From IMG/VR virus record IMGVR_UViG_3300032331_002637, positions 1-64,000 of that record: a stretch of 64,000 nt of DNA; one strand, 5' to 3'. The translations under genes and the position numbers were made by a program. This document shows, piece after piece, positions 1-9,700 of this stretch (its first letter is position 1; each line of letters opens with the position of its first letter). This DNA is from an uncultured virus (IMG/VR IMGVR_UViG_3300032331_002637) (Duplodnaviria > Heunggongvirae > Uroviricota > Caudoviricetes). The notes below the pieces were generated by a model. The model saw only the letters and a list, made by a program, of their open reading frames with translations, was not told where the DNA came from and made no database searches.

Positions 1-216
1 GTCTTCGTCAGATTCTTCTTCGTCAGATTCCTCTTCGTCTTCGTCAGATTCTTCTTCGTCCTCTTCTGATTCTTCTTCGTCAGATTCTTCTTCGTCTTCG
101 TCAGATTCTTCTTCGTCTTCGTCAGATTCTTCTTCGTCAGATTCTTCTTCCTCCTCTTCAGATTCTTCTTCGTCAGATTCTTCTTCGTCCTCTTCAGATT
201 CTTCTTCGTCAGATTC
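1..216. repeat. Imperfect tandem repeat encoding (D)EEESD/E units
   Basis: Recurrent TTCTTCTTCGTCAGA / TCTTCGTC units of about 15-21 bp. Confidence 0.9.
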
Positions 217-366
217 TAAGTCTTCAGTGTCTTCGCCCTCTTCTTCTTCATCTGTTTCTTCTTCCTCTTCTTCCTCTATTTCAGAGTCTTGCCAAAAATC
301 ATTTTTTGGCATTTCAGAAGGTTTTCTTGAGTTAAACTCTTCGAATGATAATATTTTTTTATCCAT
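1..366 (-). CDS. Extremely acidic (E/D/S-rich) low-complexity protein, 3' end beyond window start; not in ORF track
   Basis: ATG at 366-364 reads MDKKILSFEEFNSRKPSEMPKNDFWQDSEIEEEEEETDEEEEGEDTEDLESDEEESEEDEEESD... with no stop down to base 1; follows the 379..630 gene on the same strand. Confidence 0.9.
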   Translation of the reverse strand, partial: MDKKILSFEEFNSRKPSEMPKNDFWQDSEIEEEEEEETDEEEEGEDTEDLESDEEESEEDEEESDEEESEEEEEESDEEESDEDEEESDEDEEESDEEESEEDEEESDEDEEESDEEESDED

Positions 367-378
367 TTTTTTTGTTTT

Positions 379-630
379 TTATTCAGTTACACCTATAGAA
401 GCTCCGCTTCCTGATTCTGTTGCTCCGTAACCAGGATAATCTATTTTAGAAAATCCATTAAAGATTGCGTCTTTATAACCAACATAATCATAAGCAGATT
501 CTGGTTTTATTTTATGTAATCCAGTTCTGTCTTCTTTACTAAGATTCTCCGGGTTCCAAGGATCATTAGCCACTTTCATAAAGTCTTTATAGCTAAGTAC
601 TTCTCTTTTTTTTACGTTCTTCTGATTCAT
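379..630 (-). CDS. Small hypothetical protein with capsid-targeting-like motif (VLSYKDFMK)
   Basis: 83-aa ORF packed between co-oriented genes 632..1354 and 1..366. Confidence 0.75.
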   Translation of the reverse strand: MNQKNVKKREVLSYKDFMKVANDPWNPENLSKEDRTGLHKIKPESAYDYVGYKDAIFNGFSKIDYPGYGATESGSGASIGVTE

Positions 631-631
631 A

Positions 632-1354
632 TTAATTAGCGAAATTTAAAATACTTGTTAATCCAGTTTTAGCAGCTTTAGCGAATATATTAGGATCTTT
701 ATTTTCTGCACCTTGTATTTCTGATGCTATTTTTTGTTTATCTGCATCTGTAACATTTTTACCGCCTATAACATCGCCTAAGTTAAATCCACAGATTTTA
801 TCACCTATCATAGTTTCAATATTGTTCATGAATGCTGTGTTGTTAGCTGCATTAGTTAAAGCCTCTCTTAGTCCTGCTGCTATAGTTGCTCCCATTCCAC
901 TTTGCATATCCATTTTTAAACCTAATCTAGGTAATAAATATTCTATACCTCTTTCTTGTAATGTTTCAGAAAGGCCTTCTACAATAGCTGTTGCCCAGAA
1001 TTTACAAGATCCTTTTCCAAAATAACTTCCAAGATCTGTAAAATGAACCTGCTCAATAACGTTTCGTATTACTTGATAAAAGAATGTTGGTTGACCCATT
1101 TCATCAAATGGTTCAATACCAAATTTTTCTGCTGCCCAGTCAATAACATAATCTTTAAAAGTGTCAGTAAAACCACCTCCTAATGATCCCAAGAACGAAG
1201 TAAAAATATTTTCATTTATTTGTTCTTCATTTAATCCCTCGGACTTAAGTTTAAGGTATTCATTTTCTAAAAGTGACATTTCATTACTGTATGATACATT
1301 TAATGAAGCATTTTTAGATTCTGCCAGAAATTGTGAATATTTACGAATAGTCAT
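632..1354 (-). CDS. Hypothetical protein, putative head-internal protein
   Basis: N-terminus MTIRKYSQFLAES resembles the T4 IP targeting sequence MKTYQEFIAE; further LNE/INE motifs; GATATATA motif upstream. Confidence 0.7.
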   Translation of the reverse strand: MTIRKYSQFLAESKNASLNVSYSNEMSLLENEYLKLKSEGLNEEQINENIFTSFLGSLGGGFTDTFKDYVIDWAAEKFGIEPFDEMGQPTFFYQVIRNVIEQVHFTDLGSYFGKGSCKFWATAIVEGLSETLQERGIEYLLPRLGLKMDMQSGMGATIAAGLREALTNAANNTAFMNNIETMIGDKICGFNLGDVIGGKNVTDADKQKIASEIQGAENKDPNIFAKAAKTGLTSILNFAN

Positions 1355-1372
1355 TTTAATCTACTTTTAATG

Positions 1373-1407
1373 TATATATCATTTTACCTGTGGGAATCTG
1401 ATATATA
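1373..1407. promoter_or_regulatory. Back-to-back GATATATA motifs (putative divergent late promoters)
   Basis: GATATATA on minus at 1380..1373 (before ATG 1354) and on plus at 1400..1407 (before ATG 1415). Confidence 0.6.
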
Positions 1408-1414
1408 TGTAGTA

Positions 1415-1825
1415 ATGGCAAGAATTTTAAAGATAGACAATTTTACAGATGCTTTTCCCAGCTTTTATGGATTAGAAGGAGATGGTGCTTGTTATAGTGT
1501 TACTAATCCATTTTCAGTGGATATTTTAATATCCTATGATGTTAAAGGTAAAATAGGTGATATAGATTACTTGGAGCCAACTTGGACACAATACCAATGT
1601 CAAGAAGGAGATCTTATAACATGTAACAAAAACGGATGTTATATAGAACCAAAGGCTTCTGAATATTTTGTTGAATGTATGCCTAACGATAAAACCAAAC
1701 CAGGAGAGCCAAACTTTGATAAATTCCCAGTGGAATCTTTAAAAAAAATAGGCATCGATTTAATAAATTCACAATCTATGGGATTTGAAGAAAGAAAGAA
1801 AATAACACTTACATCGGGATTATGA
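1415..1825 (+). CDS. Hypothetical protein (start revised from 1370 to 1415, MARILKIDNF)
   Basis: ATG at 1415 lies just after the GATATATA motif; the 1370 start would overlap the divergent promoter region. Confidence 0.7.
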   Translation: MARILKIDNFTDAFPSFYGLEGDGACYSVTNPFSVDILISYDVKGKIGDIDYLEPTWTQYQCQEGDLITCNKNGCYIEPKASEYFVECMPNDKTKPGEPNFDKFPVESLKKIGIDLINSQSMGFEERKKITLTSGL

Positions 1826-2385
1826 AAAGGATCTTTACATTTAACCAATTTAATCTAGACGAAAGTTCTGCTGCAGGAAATATGGGACAGACATATTCAA
1901 TACCGTTTGCTTATACATCTAACGATCCAAAAGATGGTTATAGTAGTAAAAGTTTTTGCGACGATTTAGAAGCTGTTTTTATAGAAAAACCAAATCTAAG
2001 AAAAGAAATTATTGAATTTTTATCATCCAACTTAGGGATATCAAAAATTGAAGAATTAGCAATAATGCCATTTATAAAAGTAGCTAAAGTCATACCTGAG
2101 ATAGAAAGAATAATAGAAGCAGGTGAATATGAGCCAGAGACCACAATGCCTGGAGGCGGATTACTATTTATAAGAAATAAGATTTTTGCTAATGGCGGAG
2201 GAGCAGATTTCTATATAAATAGAAAAGGCACTAAGGTGGAAGTTGTTACAGAGGACGAAATGGGTAACGAGAAGGTTCGAATATTTGATATAGAAAAATT
2301 CCCTTTCGATCGTTTTGAATTTACAGAAGAGGATAAAGAAGAACTTAATGCTTTAAAAAAAGCTAAAGGGGGATTCAGCTTTTAA
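1822..2385 (+). CDS. Hypothetical protein with capsid-targeting-like N-terminus (MKRIFTFNQFNLDES)
   Basis: 187-aa ORF, ATGA overlap with the upstream gene. Confidence 0.75.
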   Translation: MKRIFTFNQFNLDESSAAGNMGQTYSIPFAYTSNDPKDGYSSKSFCDDLEAVFIEKPNLRKEIIEFLSSNLGISKIEELAIMPFIKVAKVIPEIERIIEAGEYEPETTMPGGGLLFIRNKIFANGGGADFYINRKGTKVEVVTEDEMGNEKVRIFDIEKFPFDRFEFTEEDKEELNALKKAKGGFSF

Positions 2386-3088
2386 ACTTATTCATAATAA
2401 GATCTATAGATTTTTCTTTCCCTAGCTCTGTTCCTATCTCTAAATCAATATCCTTAGATACATCAGCGACTAACACACAATCATATTGAGTGGAAAAGTC
2501 TTTTATGTTTTCTTTTAGAAATTTTTTTATCTTAGCAATATCTTTTGTTGTGTTACATTGAGGATCTAATAATTCGGTCATTAATAAAGCTATATTCTCC
2601 TTACCCGCAACTTTAACTATGGAAAAGAACCAACTAAATATTCTCATGTGTTCTTCACCTTTTTTTCGCACAACTAAAAATCCTTGATCCCAAAGATTAT
2701 ATTTAGCACAATAGCTTTCGACATCAACTAATGAATTATATCTTTCATAAAATTCTCTGTTATCATTAAGAAACTCATTGATTACTTTGATTGAATTTTT
2801 TACAATATTTTCTATCTCTTCTATATCATCAAGATTTTTATCAAGAATATCATACATGTGGCTTCTTTCATCATCTGTCATTTTAGATAATGTCTTTTGT
2901 GTTAGCTCTGTGTTTTTATCAAAGCTCTCTAAATCTTTTTTTATTGTAATTAGATTCTTAAAATACTTCTCAAATCCTTGTGTTTTAAAGCTCTCTTTGA
3001 CTCTCATTAAATAAGCCATAAGAATATAATATCTATATTCTGTATCTATTGGGGATTCTATAAACCAATAAGGCTTTAATTCTTTCAT
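2375..3088 (-). CDS. Hypothetical protein
   Basis: 237-aa ORF; AATATATA motif upstream (3119..3112); N-terminal WF..PIDxEYRYYILMAYL recalls a Bacteroidota hypothetical family (from memory, unverified). Confidence 0.75.
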   Translation of the reverse strand: MKELKPYWFIESPIDTEYRYYILMAYLMRVKESFKTQGFEKYFKNLITIKKDLESFDKNTELTQKTLSKMTDDERSHMYDILDKNLDDIEEIENIVKNSIKVINEFLNDNREFYERYNSLVDVESYCAKYNLWDQGFLVVRKKGEEHMRIFSWFFSIVKVAGKENIALLMTELLDPQCNTTKDIAKIKKFLKENIKDFSTQYDCVLVADVSKDIDLEIGTELGKEKSIDLIMNKFKS

Positions 3089-3165
3089 GTAATCTTGTTA
3101 ATACATTATATTATATATTAAATCAGGGAAAATTATTCATGAATTGAAAATATATCTGAAATATT

Positions 3166-3194
3166 GAAACTATTCTGTGGAACCCGTCTAAAAT
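3166..3194 (+). promoter_or_regulatory. GAAAY-N18-TAWAAW putative promoter for the glycan island
   Basis: GAAAC at 3166, TAAAAT at 3189; same spacing at 17079, 23103 and 37601. Confidence 0.5.
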
Positions 3195-3243
3195 TTTTAT
3201 CTTTAAAATCCCAGGCTATGAATACTTTATATATGATAATCTT

Positions 3244-3864
3244 ATGAGTCCCCAATTTTTAGTAATAGCTTATTATACTGAGAGCACACAATATGAAGTC
3301 CTAGCTGGTAATCTCGAGAAGACTTTACAAAACTTTAGTATTCCTTTTTATATAGAAGATATAGAGGATTTAGGTTCTTGGGAAAAGAATACACATTACA
3401 AAGCACATTTTATTAAGAAATGTTTAAATGACAGAAATCAAGATCTTTTATATGTAGATGTTGATGCACTCTTTAAACAATACCCAAGTCTTATACCAGA
3501 TCTCACATGTGATATAGCATATAGAACGCAAGACTTCAGATGGAGAGCAGACGAAGCCCTATCAGGAACTATCTTTCTAAAGAATAATGACAAGGTTAAG
3601 AGATTTGTTGATCGATGGATCCAACTAAATGAAGCCACACCCGCAGAAAGAATGAAACCTGAAACATGGGAGCAAAAAAATATGCAAAGAGCTCATCGAG
3701 AAATGACCGAGATCGATTATTTCAATCTACCACCAGAATACACATTCATATTTGATCACATGAAAACAATGTATCCTGGAGTACAGCCTGTGATAGAGCA
3801 TTATCAAGAATCAAGGAATGTGCATAGAAATACGAATCAAAATCGTAATTTCAGGATAAGATAA
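3244..3864 (+). CDS. Putative GT-A fold nucleotide-diphospho-sugar transferase
   Basis: DxD motif LLYVDVDA, SGTIFL, WEQ motif, C-terminal IEHYQ. Confidence 0.7.
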   Translation: MSPQFLVIAYYTESTQYEVLAGNLEKTLQNFSIPFYIEDIEDLGSWEKNTHYKAHFIKKCLNDRNQDLLYVDVDALFKQYPSLIPDLTCDIAYRTQDFRWRADEALSGTIFLKNNDKVKRFVDRWIQLNEATPAERMKPETWEQKNMQRAHREMTEIDYFNLPPEYTFIFDHMKTMYPGVQPVIEHYQESRNVHRNTNQNRNFRIR

Positions 3865-3866
3865 TT

Positions 3867-4601
3867 ATGAAATTAAAATATGCTGTAGTCAGCTCCGATT
3901 CAAATCCTGAATATCTTGATTTTTGGCCTTACGTAGCTAAAGCATGGAAAAGAATAGGTATAGAACCAGTACTACTTTATATTGATAAACAAACTCCACC
4001 AGAGAGCGTACATGAACATGGAAAGGTAATATATCTTGAATCAATATCTGAATGGAGTATAGCTCAACAAGCACAATGTATAAGATTTTGGGCAGCTAAG
4101 CTATTAGATGCTCCTTTTATAATATCAGATATTGATATGCTTCCTATTTCTGAAGAATATTATAAAAATGGTGTGGCTTCCATTGGAGATAAAGGTATAG
4201 TTTCTTACAGCTCTGATATTATTAAATATAGATGGTATGTAACTAATCCACAATACCCTATGTGTTATCTTGCAGGAGACACACAAAGCTTTATTGATCT
4301 ATTAGAAATGAATGATAATTCTCATCAGAATTTTTTAAGAAGATTAATGAAAATGAATATAAGATTTGGTACAGATCAGAAGTTCTTTTATAATCAATCT
4401 GTTAAAAATAAACACATATCTATTAAGCATTTAGAAAGAGGATGGATAGAAGAGAAATATGCTAGAGGAAGATTGGATAAAGTGATCTGGCCAAAAACAG
4501 ACTATAATGCAGATGAATATATAGATTGTCATTTACCAAGACCGTTATCCTCAAATATTGGGATTTGTAAAGAATTATTTAATAAAATTAGAATATATTA
4601 A
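3867..4601 (+). CDS. Putative glycosyltransferase-like protein
   Basis: IISDIDMLP DxD motif, GTDQ, YIDCHLPRP; operon context. Confidence 0.55.
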   Translation: MKLKYAVVSSDSNPEYLDFWPYVAKAWKRIGIEPVLLYIDKQTPPESVHEHGKVIYLESISEWSIAQQAQCIRFWAAKLLDAPFIISDIDMLPISEEYYKNGVASIGDKGIVSYSSDIIKYRWYVTNPQYPMCYLAGDTQSFIDLLEMNDNSHQNFLRRLMKMNIRFGTDQKFFYNQSVKNKHISIKHLERGWIEEKYARGRLDKVIWPKTDYNADEYIDCHLPRPLSSNIGICKELFNKIRIY

Positions 4602-5411
4602 ATGAAATTATCAATAATACTTCCCACAGGTGGAAATGACCATCTAAGAAATAGAAATTTTAACGAGTGTCTTACTTGTATTAAAAATCAGACTTTTGTT
4701 GATTATGAAGTTATTGTGGTGGAGCAATCATTAGATAATAATTTTTACAAACAAAGTAATCCAATTATTTCTTATAAACACATAGGAATTAAAGATCCAC
4801 ATGATAGAGGATTTAATCTTAGCTGGTGTAGAAATGTAGGAGCAAGAGAAGCACAAGGTGATATTATAGTCCTGATGGATTCTGATTTTGTTTTTGAAAA
4901 TAATTATTTCACTATCATTAGTGAATTTAATGGAGAATTTGCTGCTGGAGCGGAAACATATTATTGGTGTAATACTGAAGATCCCACTACCGATTGGATA
5001 AGAACAAAAGACTTTAATGTTTTTAAAAAAAGAGGTGGTGGCCCTAGAGACCCTGTATTTCAATTTAGATCTATGTCTAGAGGATGTGGGTACGGAGCTA
5101 TACTAGTTTATAATAAAGAATGGTTCTGGAATACTATGGGAGGATACAACGAAAACTTCTTTAGATATGGCTGGGAAGATAAAGCAACAACGGAAATGAT
5201 TAAATCATTGCTTGATAGGGATGATGAGAGTATGTTAAGAATTCCTTCAGAAGCAGCACATCTTAATCATAGATCTAAAGATGTTAGGAATATGAATATA
5301 AATGAAGCACTTTTTAATAAATTTACTAGAATGGATCAATTAGAGCTTTCAAAAACAATAAAAGAATCATTTGTTGGCAAAAGATCAGAGCCTACTTTAT
5401 TAAATATTTAA
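4602..5411 (+). CDS. Glycosyltransferase (GT2 / GT7 C-terminal-like)
   Basis: LSIILP, FNLSWCRNVGA, MDSD, GGYNENFFRYGWED. Confidence 0.85.
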   Translation: MKLSIILPTGGNDHLRNRNFNECLTCIKNQTFVDYEVIVVEQSLDNNFYKQSNPIISYKHIGIKDPHDRGFNLSWCRNVGAREAQGDIIVLMDSDFVFENNYFTIISEFNGEFAAGAETYYWCNTEDPTTDWIRTKDFNVFKKRGGGPRDPVFQFRSMSRGCGYGAILVYNKEWFWNTMGGYNENFFRYGWEDKATTEMIKSLLDRDDESMLRIPSEAAHLNHRSKDVRNMNINEALFNKFTRMDQLELSKTIKESFVGKRSEPTLLNI

Positions 5412-5414
5412 TTC

Positions 5415-6575
5415 ATGAAAAAACCAGAAAGAGATATATCTGAGGAAAGAAGAGGAAGAAGAATATTAAACAGATTCATTCACGGAAATAAAAATAATAT
5501 CACCTTTAATAAAGAAGTAGAAGATGTTATAACAAATAAGAATCCTATAATAGAATTATACGAAAAAAATAAGTTAGATTATATAATGGAAAAAAATAAT
5601 ACTGATATAGCTAAATATTGGGAACATCTTAGTATAATAAACGAAAATAATATTGATAATTCTCTTCCCTTTTTTATTAATATTTCCACAATTAATTATA
5701 ATGATTTAAGCAATTTAGCGGAAGAAAAAAATAAAGAGCTTTTTAAATGCTTTGATGGATTAACTGTAGATAAGTGTATTGGTGAGTATGATTTGGTTAC
5801 TATAATTCCTTACAGAGGAAGATACATGCATTTAGAAAAAACATTAGAAACATTATTAGCTTCTTCTAATAATTCTTCAAAGAGAATAGGTTTTATTATT
5901 ATAGAAAACTCTAATGAATCTATATTTAATCCTGATAAATTTAATAATCCAGATATACATCACCGATGGATTAATTCAGCTGGTAATATATTTAATAAAT
6001 GTTTTTGTCATAATATAGGATCATTAATAAGTAATACTGAATATTTACATTTTCATGACTGTGATTTATTAGTACCTAATAATTTCTATGCGGAGGTTTT
6101 TAATAAAATAGAATTGAATGATGTAGTACAGTGTTTTTATAATAGAAGAGTTAATTATCTGAATGAAATTCCAACAATTGATTATTTTAACGGTGAAGAT
6201 ATAGAATCTATAATTGTTAATAAACAAACATATAAGGAAGGTGGATATGGAGCACCGGGAGGATCTATTGCAATATCAAAGGATCTTTTTGAAAAATGTG
6301 GAGGATTTGATCCTCATTTTTTCTGGGGATATTCTATAGAAGATGCTTTTTTCTGGAAGAAAGTTGAAAGATTTAAAACCATAATAACATTAGATGATCC
6401 TAAGATAGAATTATACCATTTATGGCATCCTCCTGCATGGGGAAAAAATCCTATGCAAGGTGTAGAGAAGAGAATACACGATTCATTTGTAAACAATAAT
6501 CATAATTGGTTAGATTATGTAAATAAATCGAAAGAACTTTATATTAGAATTAAAAATACTTTTATAAATGAATAA
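5415..6575 (+). CDS. GT7-like (beta-1,4-galactosyltransferase-type) glycosyltransferase
   Basis: IIPYRGRYMHL, FNKCFCHNIG, FHDCD, GGFDPHFFWGYSIED, YHLWH. Confidence 0.85.
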   Translation: MKKPERDISEERRGRRILNRFIHGNKNNITFNKEVEDVITNKNPIIELYEKNKLDYIMEKNNTDIAKYWEHLSIINENNIDNSLPFFINISTINYNDLSNLAEEKNKELFKCFDGLTVDKCIGEYDLVTIIPYRGRYMHLEKTLETLLASSNNSSKRIGFIIIENSNESIFNPDKFNNPDIHHRWINSAGNIFNKCFCHNIGSLISNTEYLHFHDCDLLVPNNFYAEVFNKIELNDVVQCFYNRRVNYLNEIPTIDYFNGEDIESIIVNKQTYKEGGYGAPGGSIAISKDLFEKCGGFDPHFFWGYSIEDAFFWKKVERFKTIITLDDPKIELYHLWHPPAWGKNPMQGVEKRIHDSFVNNNHNWLDYVNKSKELYIRIKNTFINE

Positions 6576-7485
6576 AAAAATATTAATAACAGGAGGTACA
6601 TCACATTTAGCTGAAAGTCTAAAAAAATATTTACCTAATGCTTCTTATATAGAAGGAAGATCTGAATTAGATCTAACTGATTATCAATCAACATTAGAAT
6701 ACTTTAAAAATGAATCTCCGTATTGGGTTTTACATTTAGCAGCTAAAGTTGGTGGTATTAAAAGTAACATGGAAAATCCTTTTGAGTATTTCTATGACAA
6801 TCTATTAATTAATACTAATGTTTTTAGAGCATGTAAAGAATTAGAAATAGAAAGATTAACCTCTATATTATCAACATGTGTATATCCAGCAGATAATGTT
6901 GAATATCCAATAACTGAAGATAATATTATTTTAGGTGATCCAGAAAAAACAAATAGAGGTTATGCTCAATCTAAAAGAATATTAGCAGAACTCACTGATC
7001 TTTATAATCATAAATACGGAAAAAATTATAATTATATTATTCCTTGTAATCTTTTTGGTATGGAAGAATCATATGATCCTAATAAAACACATTTTCTTAC
7101 ATCATTGATTTATAAATCTGCTAAAGCATTATCCAATGGGAATAAAGAACTTGAAATGTTTGGTAGCGGTAAAGTTCTAAGACAATTTGTAACGTATGAC
7201 GATTTTGCAAGAATGTTAGCTTATTGTGTTGACAACGAAGTCACTGAATCTTTTAACTTTTCTCCTGATTATAATTTATCATTAATTGAATATGGAAGTA
7301 TTATAGAGAATATCACTGATAAAAAAATTAAGGTTACATTCAACGGTAATGGACCTGACGGGGTATACAGAAAAGATGCAGATAATTCAAGAATGAAAAA
7401 AATAGCACCTGATTTTGAATTTAGTGTACTAAGAGAAAGTATAAAAGAAGTATTAGATTTTTATTTAGCAAATGATAGCATTTAG
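6568..7485 (+). CDS. fcl: GDP-L-fucose synthase / GDP-colitose synthase-type epimerase-reductase
   Basis: ILITGG, HLAAKVGGIKSN, STCVYP, YAQSK (YxxxK), PCNLFG, GSGKVLRQF, PDG. Confidence 0.9.
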   Translation: MNKKILITGGTSHLAESLKKYLPNASYIEGRSELDLTDYQSTLEYFKNESPYWVLHLAAKVGGIKSNMENPFEYFYDNLLINTNVFRACKELEIERLTSILSTCVYPADNVEYPITEDNIILGDPEKTNRGYAQSKRILAELTDLYNHKYGKNYNYIIPCNLFGMEESYDPNKTHFLTSLIYKSAKALSNGNKELEMFGSGKVLRQFVTYDDFARMLAYCVDNEVTESFNFSPDYNLSLIEYGSIIENITDKKIKVTFNGNGPDGVYRKDADNSRMKKIAPDFEFSVLRESIKEVLDFYLANDSI

Positions 7486-8212
7486 TCACTTAGGAAAATA
7501 TGGTAAATTGGGCAATCAGCTTTTTCAAATTGCTGTTGTTTATTCACATTGTACTAGAAATGGCAAAGAATTTATTTTCCCTGAGTGGAAATATAATTCC
7601 TATTTAAAAACACCAATTAGAACAGGATCAATACCACCAGGACTAATTTTACACAGAGAAAAAGATCCTTTTTCTTTCACACCTATTCCTAATATAGATA
7701 ACATTGATCTCATTGGATATTTTCAGAATGAGAATTATTTTAATGGAGAAGAGGACACGATAAGGGATCTTTTAGAACCAGCAGATTTTGTAAAATCTAA
7801 AATAGAAGAAATAAATTTAGAAGGAATAACTGCTATACATGTAAGAAGAGGAGATTATCTAAACTTCCCTTTACATCATCCTATACCTCCTATGGATTAT
7901 TATAATAGATCAATAGAAAATTTAAAAGATAAGACTAATAACTTTATGATTTTCTCTGATGATATCGGATGGTGTAAAGAAAACTTTCCCTCCGATTTTT
8001 TATTTTCCGAGGAGAAAGATGAGTTTATAGACCTTTATAAAATGTCTAGATGTGCTAATTTTATAATCGCGAATTCAAGTTTTTCTTGGTGGGCATCATT
8101 CTTAAGCAGATCCGAAAATAAAATAATATATGCTCCTGAAAATTGGGTAGGAAGAGGATACTCAGGTACTAGCTGGAGACAAGTTTACAGAAAAGAAATG
8201 AAAATAATATAG
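7472..8212 (+). CDS. GT11 alpha-1,2-fucosyltransferase-like
   Basis: GKLGNQLFQ, GYFQNE, HVRRGDY, FSDDIGWC, IANSSFSWWA. Confidence 0.93.
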   Translation: MIAFSHLGKYGKLGNQLFQIAVVYSHCTRNGKEFIFPEWKYNSYLKTPIRTGSIPPGLILHREKDPFSFTPIPNIDNIDLIGYFQNENYFNGEEDTIRDLLEPADFVKSKIEEINLEGITAIHVRRGDYLNFPLHHPIPPMDYYNRSIENLKDKTNNFMIFSDDIGWCKENFPSDFLFSEEKDEFIDLYKMSRCANFIIANSSFSWWASFLSRSENKIIYAPENWVGRGYSGTSWRQVYRKEMKII

Positions 8213-8216
8213 TATA

Positions 8217-9080
8217 ATGGGAAAAGAAACAATAGGTATTATAGGACAAGGATTTGTCGGATCTGCTGTTAGGGAAGGAATGGAAAAATATTTTGATGTT
8301 ATATGTTTTGATAAGGATCCTAATAAATTTAGCAATTCGGTATCTGTATTTAATGTTGTAGAGAATAGTGTATTATGCTTTTTATGTGTCCCAACTCCTA
8401 TGAAAAAATCGGGGGAATGCGATTTAAGTATAGTTAATAAAGCCCTTAATGAAATTTATGAATGTACTACATCTTTAAATAAAAACCAATATATAGTAGT
8501 GATAAAATCCACTATACCACCAGGAACTACTAGTAAATTAAATTTAGAATTCCCAAATATTTCCATTGTTTTTAATCCAGAATTTTTAACGGAGGCTAAT
8601 TCTGTTAATGATTACTTAGAACAAAACCGAATAATTATAGGTGGAGACAGACCAGCATCATCGAAAGTTAAGATGATTTTTTCTAAAGCATTTCCCCGTA
8701 TACCTATAATTAAAACTAGCTCCACTATTGCAGAGACTATTAAGTATGTAACTAATACATTTTTAGCAATGAAGGTTTCGTATGCTAATGAAGTTTATCA
8801 GATATGTCAGGAATTAAATATAGATTATGATAAAGTTATAGAATACTCAAGATATGATGATAGACTTGGAAATTCACATTGGTCGGTTCCTGGACCTGAT
8901 GGAGATTTTGGCTTTGGTGGACATTGCTTCCCTAAAGACTTAGCTGCTTTTGAATTTATTGCAAAAGAAATGGGTATAGATACAATAATGTTAACTGCTG
9001 CATTAGATAAAAATAAAAAAGTAAGAAAAAACCTAGATTGGGTTAAACAAGTAGGAAGAGCAGTATCGTTAGAAGAATAA
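8217..9080 (+). CDS. ugd: UDP-glucose/GDP-mannose dehydrogenase family, short form without the C-terminal domain
   Basis: GQGFVG, CVPTP, KSTIPPGTT, FNPEFLTE, KYVTNTFLAMKVS, GFGGHCFPKD. Confidence 0.88.
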   Translation: MGKETIGIIGQGFVGSAVREGMEKYFDVICFDKDPNKFSNSVSVFNVVENSVLCFLCVPTPMKKSGECDLSIVNKALNEIYECTTSLNKNQYIVVIKSTIPPGTTSKLNLEFPNISIVFNPEFLTEANSVNDYLEQNRIIIGGDRPASSKVKMIFSKAFPRIPIIKTSSTIAETIKYVTNTFLAMKVSYANEVYQICQELNIDYDKVIEYSRYDDRLGNSHWSVPGPDGDFGFGGHCFPKDLAAFEFIAKEMGIDTIMLTAALDKNKKVRKNLDWVKQVGRAVSLEE

Positions 9081-9081
9081 T

Positions 9082-9699
9082 ATGAAAATACCAGGAATAG
9101 ATAATATTTATTGCATAAATCTAGAAAGGAGACCCGATAGAAGGAATGAAGCTACGGAAGAATTTAAAAGATTTGACCTTGATTTTGAATTTTTTAACGG
9201 CGTCGATGGACATGAATTAAAAGTAAACTCTAGAATAAAACCTGGACACGTAGGATGTGTTATGTCACATCTTAATCTTTATAGATATCTTAAAGAACAA
9301 AAGGGAGATATCTTTATGATAACAGAGGATGATGTTGTCTTCGATGAAAATTTCATATCTAGTTATTTAGATGTAGTAAGACATGTTCCTTCTGATTGGC
9401 ATCTTTTATATTTAGGTGGTAACCATAACGGAATGCCATTAAACATAATAGCACCAAATATACACAGGTTGCAAAAAACATATACTACTCATTGTTATTT
9501 AGTTAAAAAGACACATCTAGATATTTTGATCAAACAATTTGATACTCCTCATATTTTCTATAACGAGGTTGATGTACATTTAGCCCATTTACAATCAAAA
9601 GTACCTTGCTATGGATTTACTCCGTCAATAGCTTGGCAAAGAGATGGATTCTCTGATATAGAAATGAAAAACGTTGAATATAATTTTTTAAAAAAATAA
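9082..9699 (+). CDS. GT25 glycosyltransferase
   Basis: YCINLERRPDRR, GVDG, GCVMSH, EDD, LLYLGG. Confidence 0.9.
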   Translation: MKIPGIDNIYCINLERRPDRRNEATEEFKRFDLDFEFFNGVDGHELKVNSRIKPGHVGCVMSHLNLYRYLKEQKGDIFMITEDDVVFDENFISSYLDVVRHVPSDWHLLYLGGNHNGMPLNIIAPNIHRLQKTYTTHCYLVKKTHLDILIKQFDTPHIFYNEVDVHLAHLQSKVPCYGFTPSIAWQRDGFSDIEMKNVEYNFLKK

Positions 9700-9700
9700 A

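Noticed and set aside
1..216. Possible CRISPR array or non-coding satellite
   Set aside because: No unique spacers; units keep frame and encode an E/D/S tract
227..430. Poly-Ser plus-strand ORF
   Set aside because: Antisense shadow of the acidic minus-strand gene 1..366
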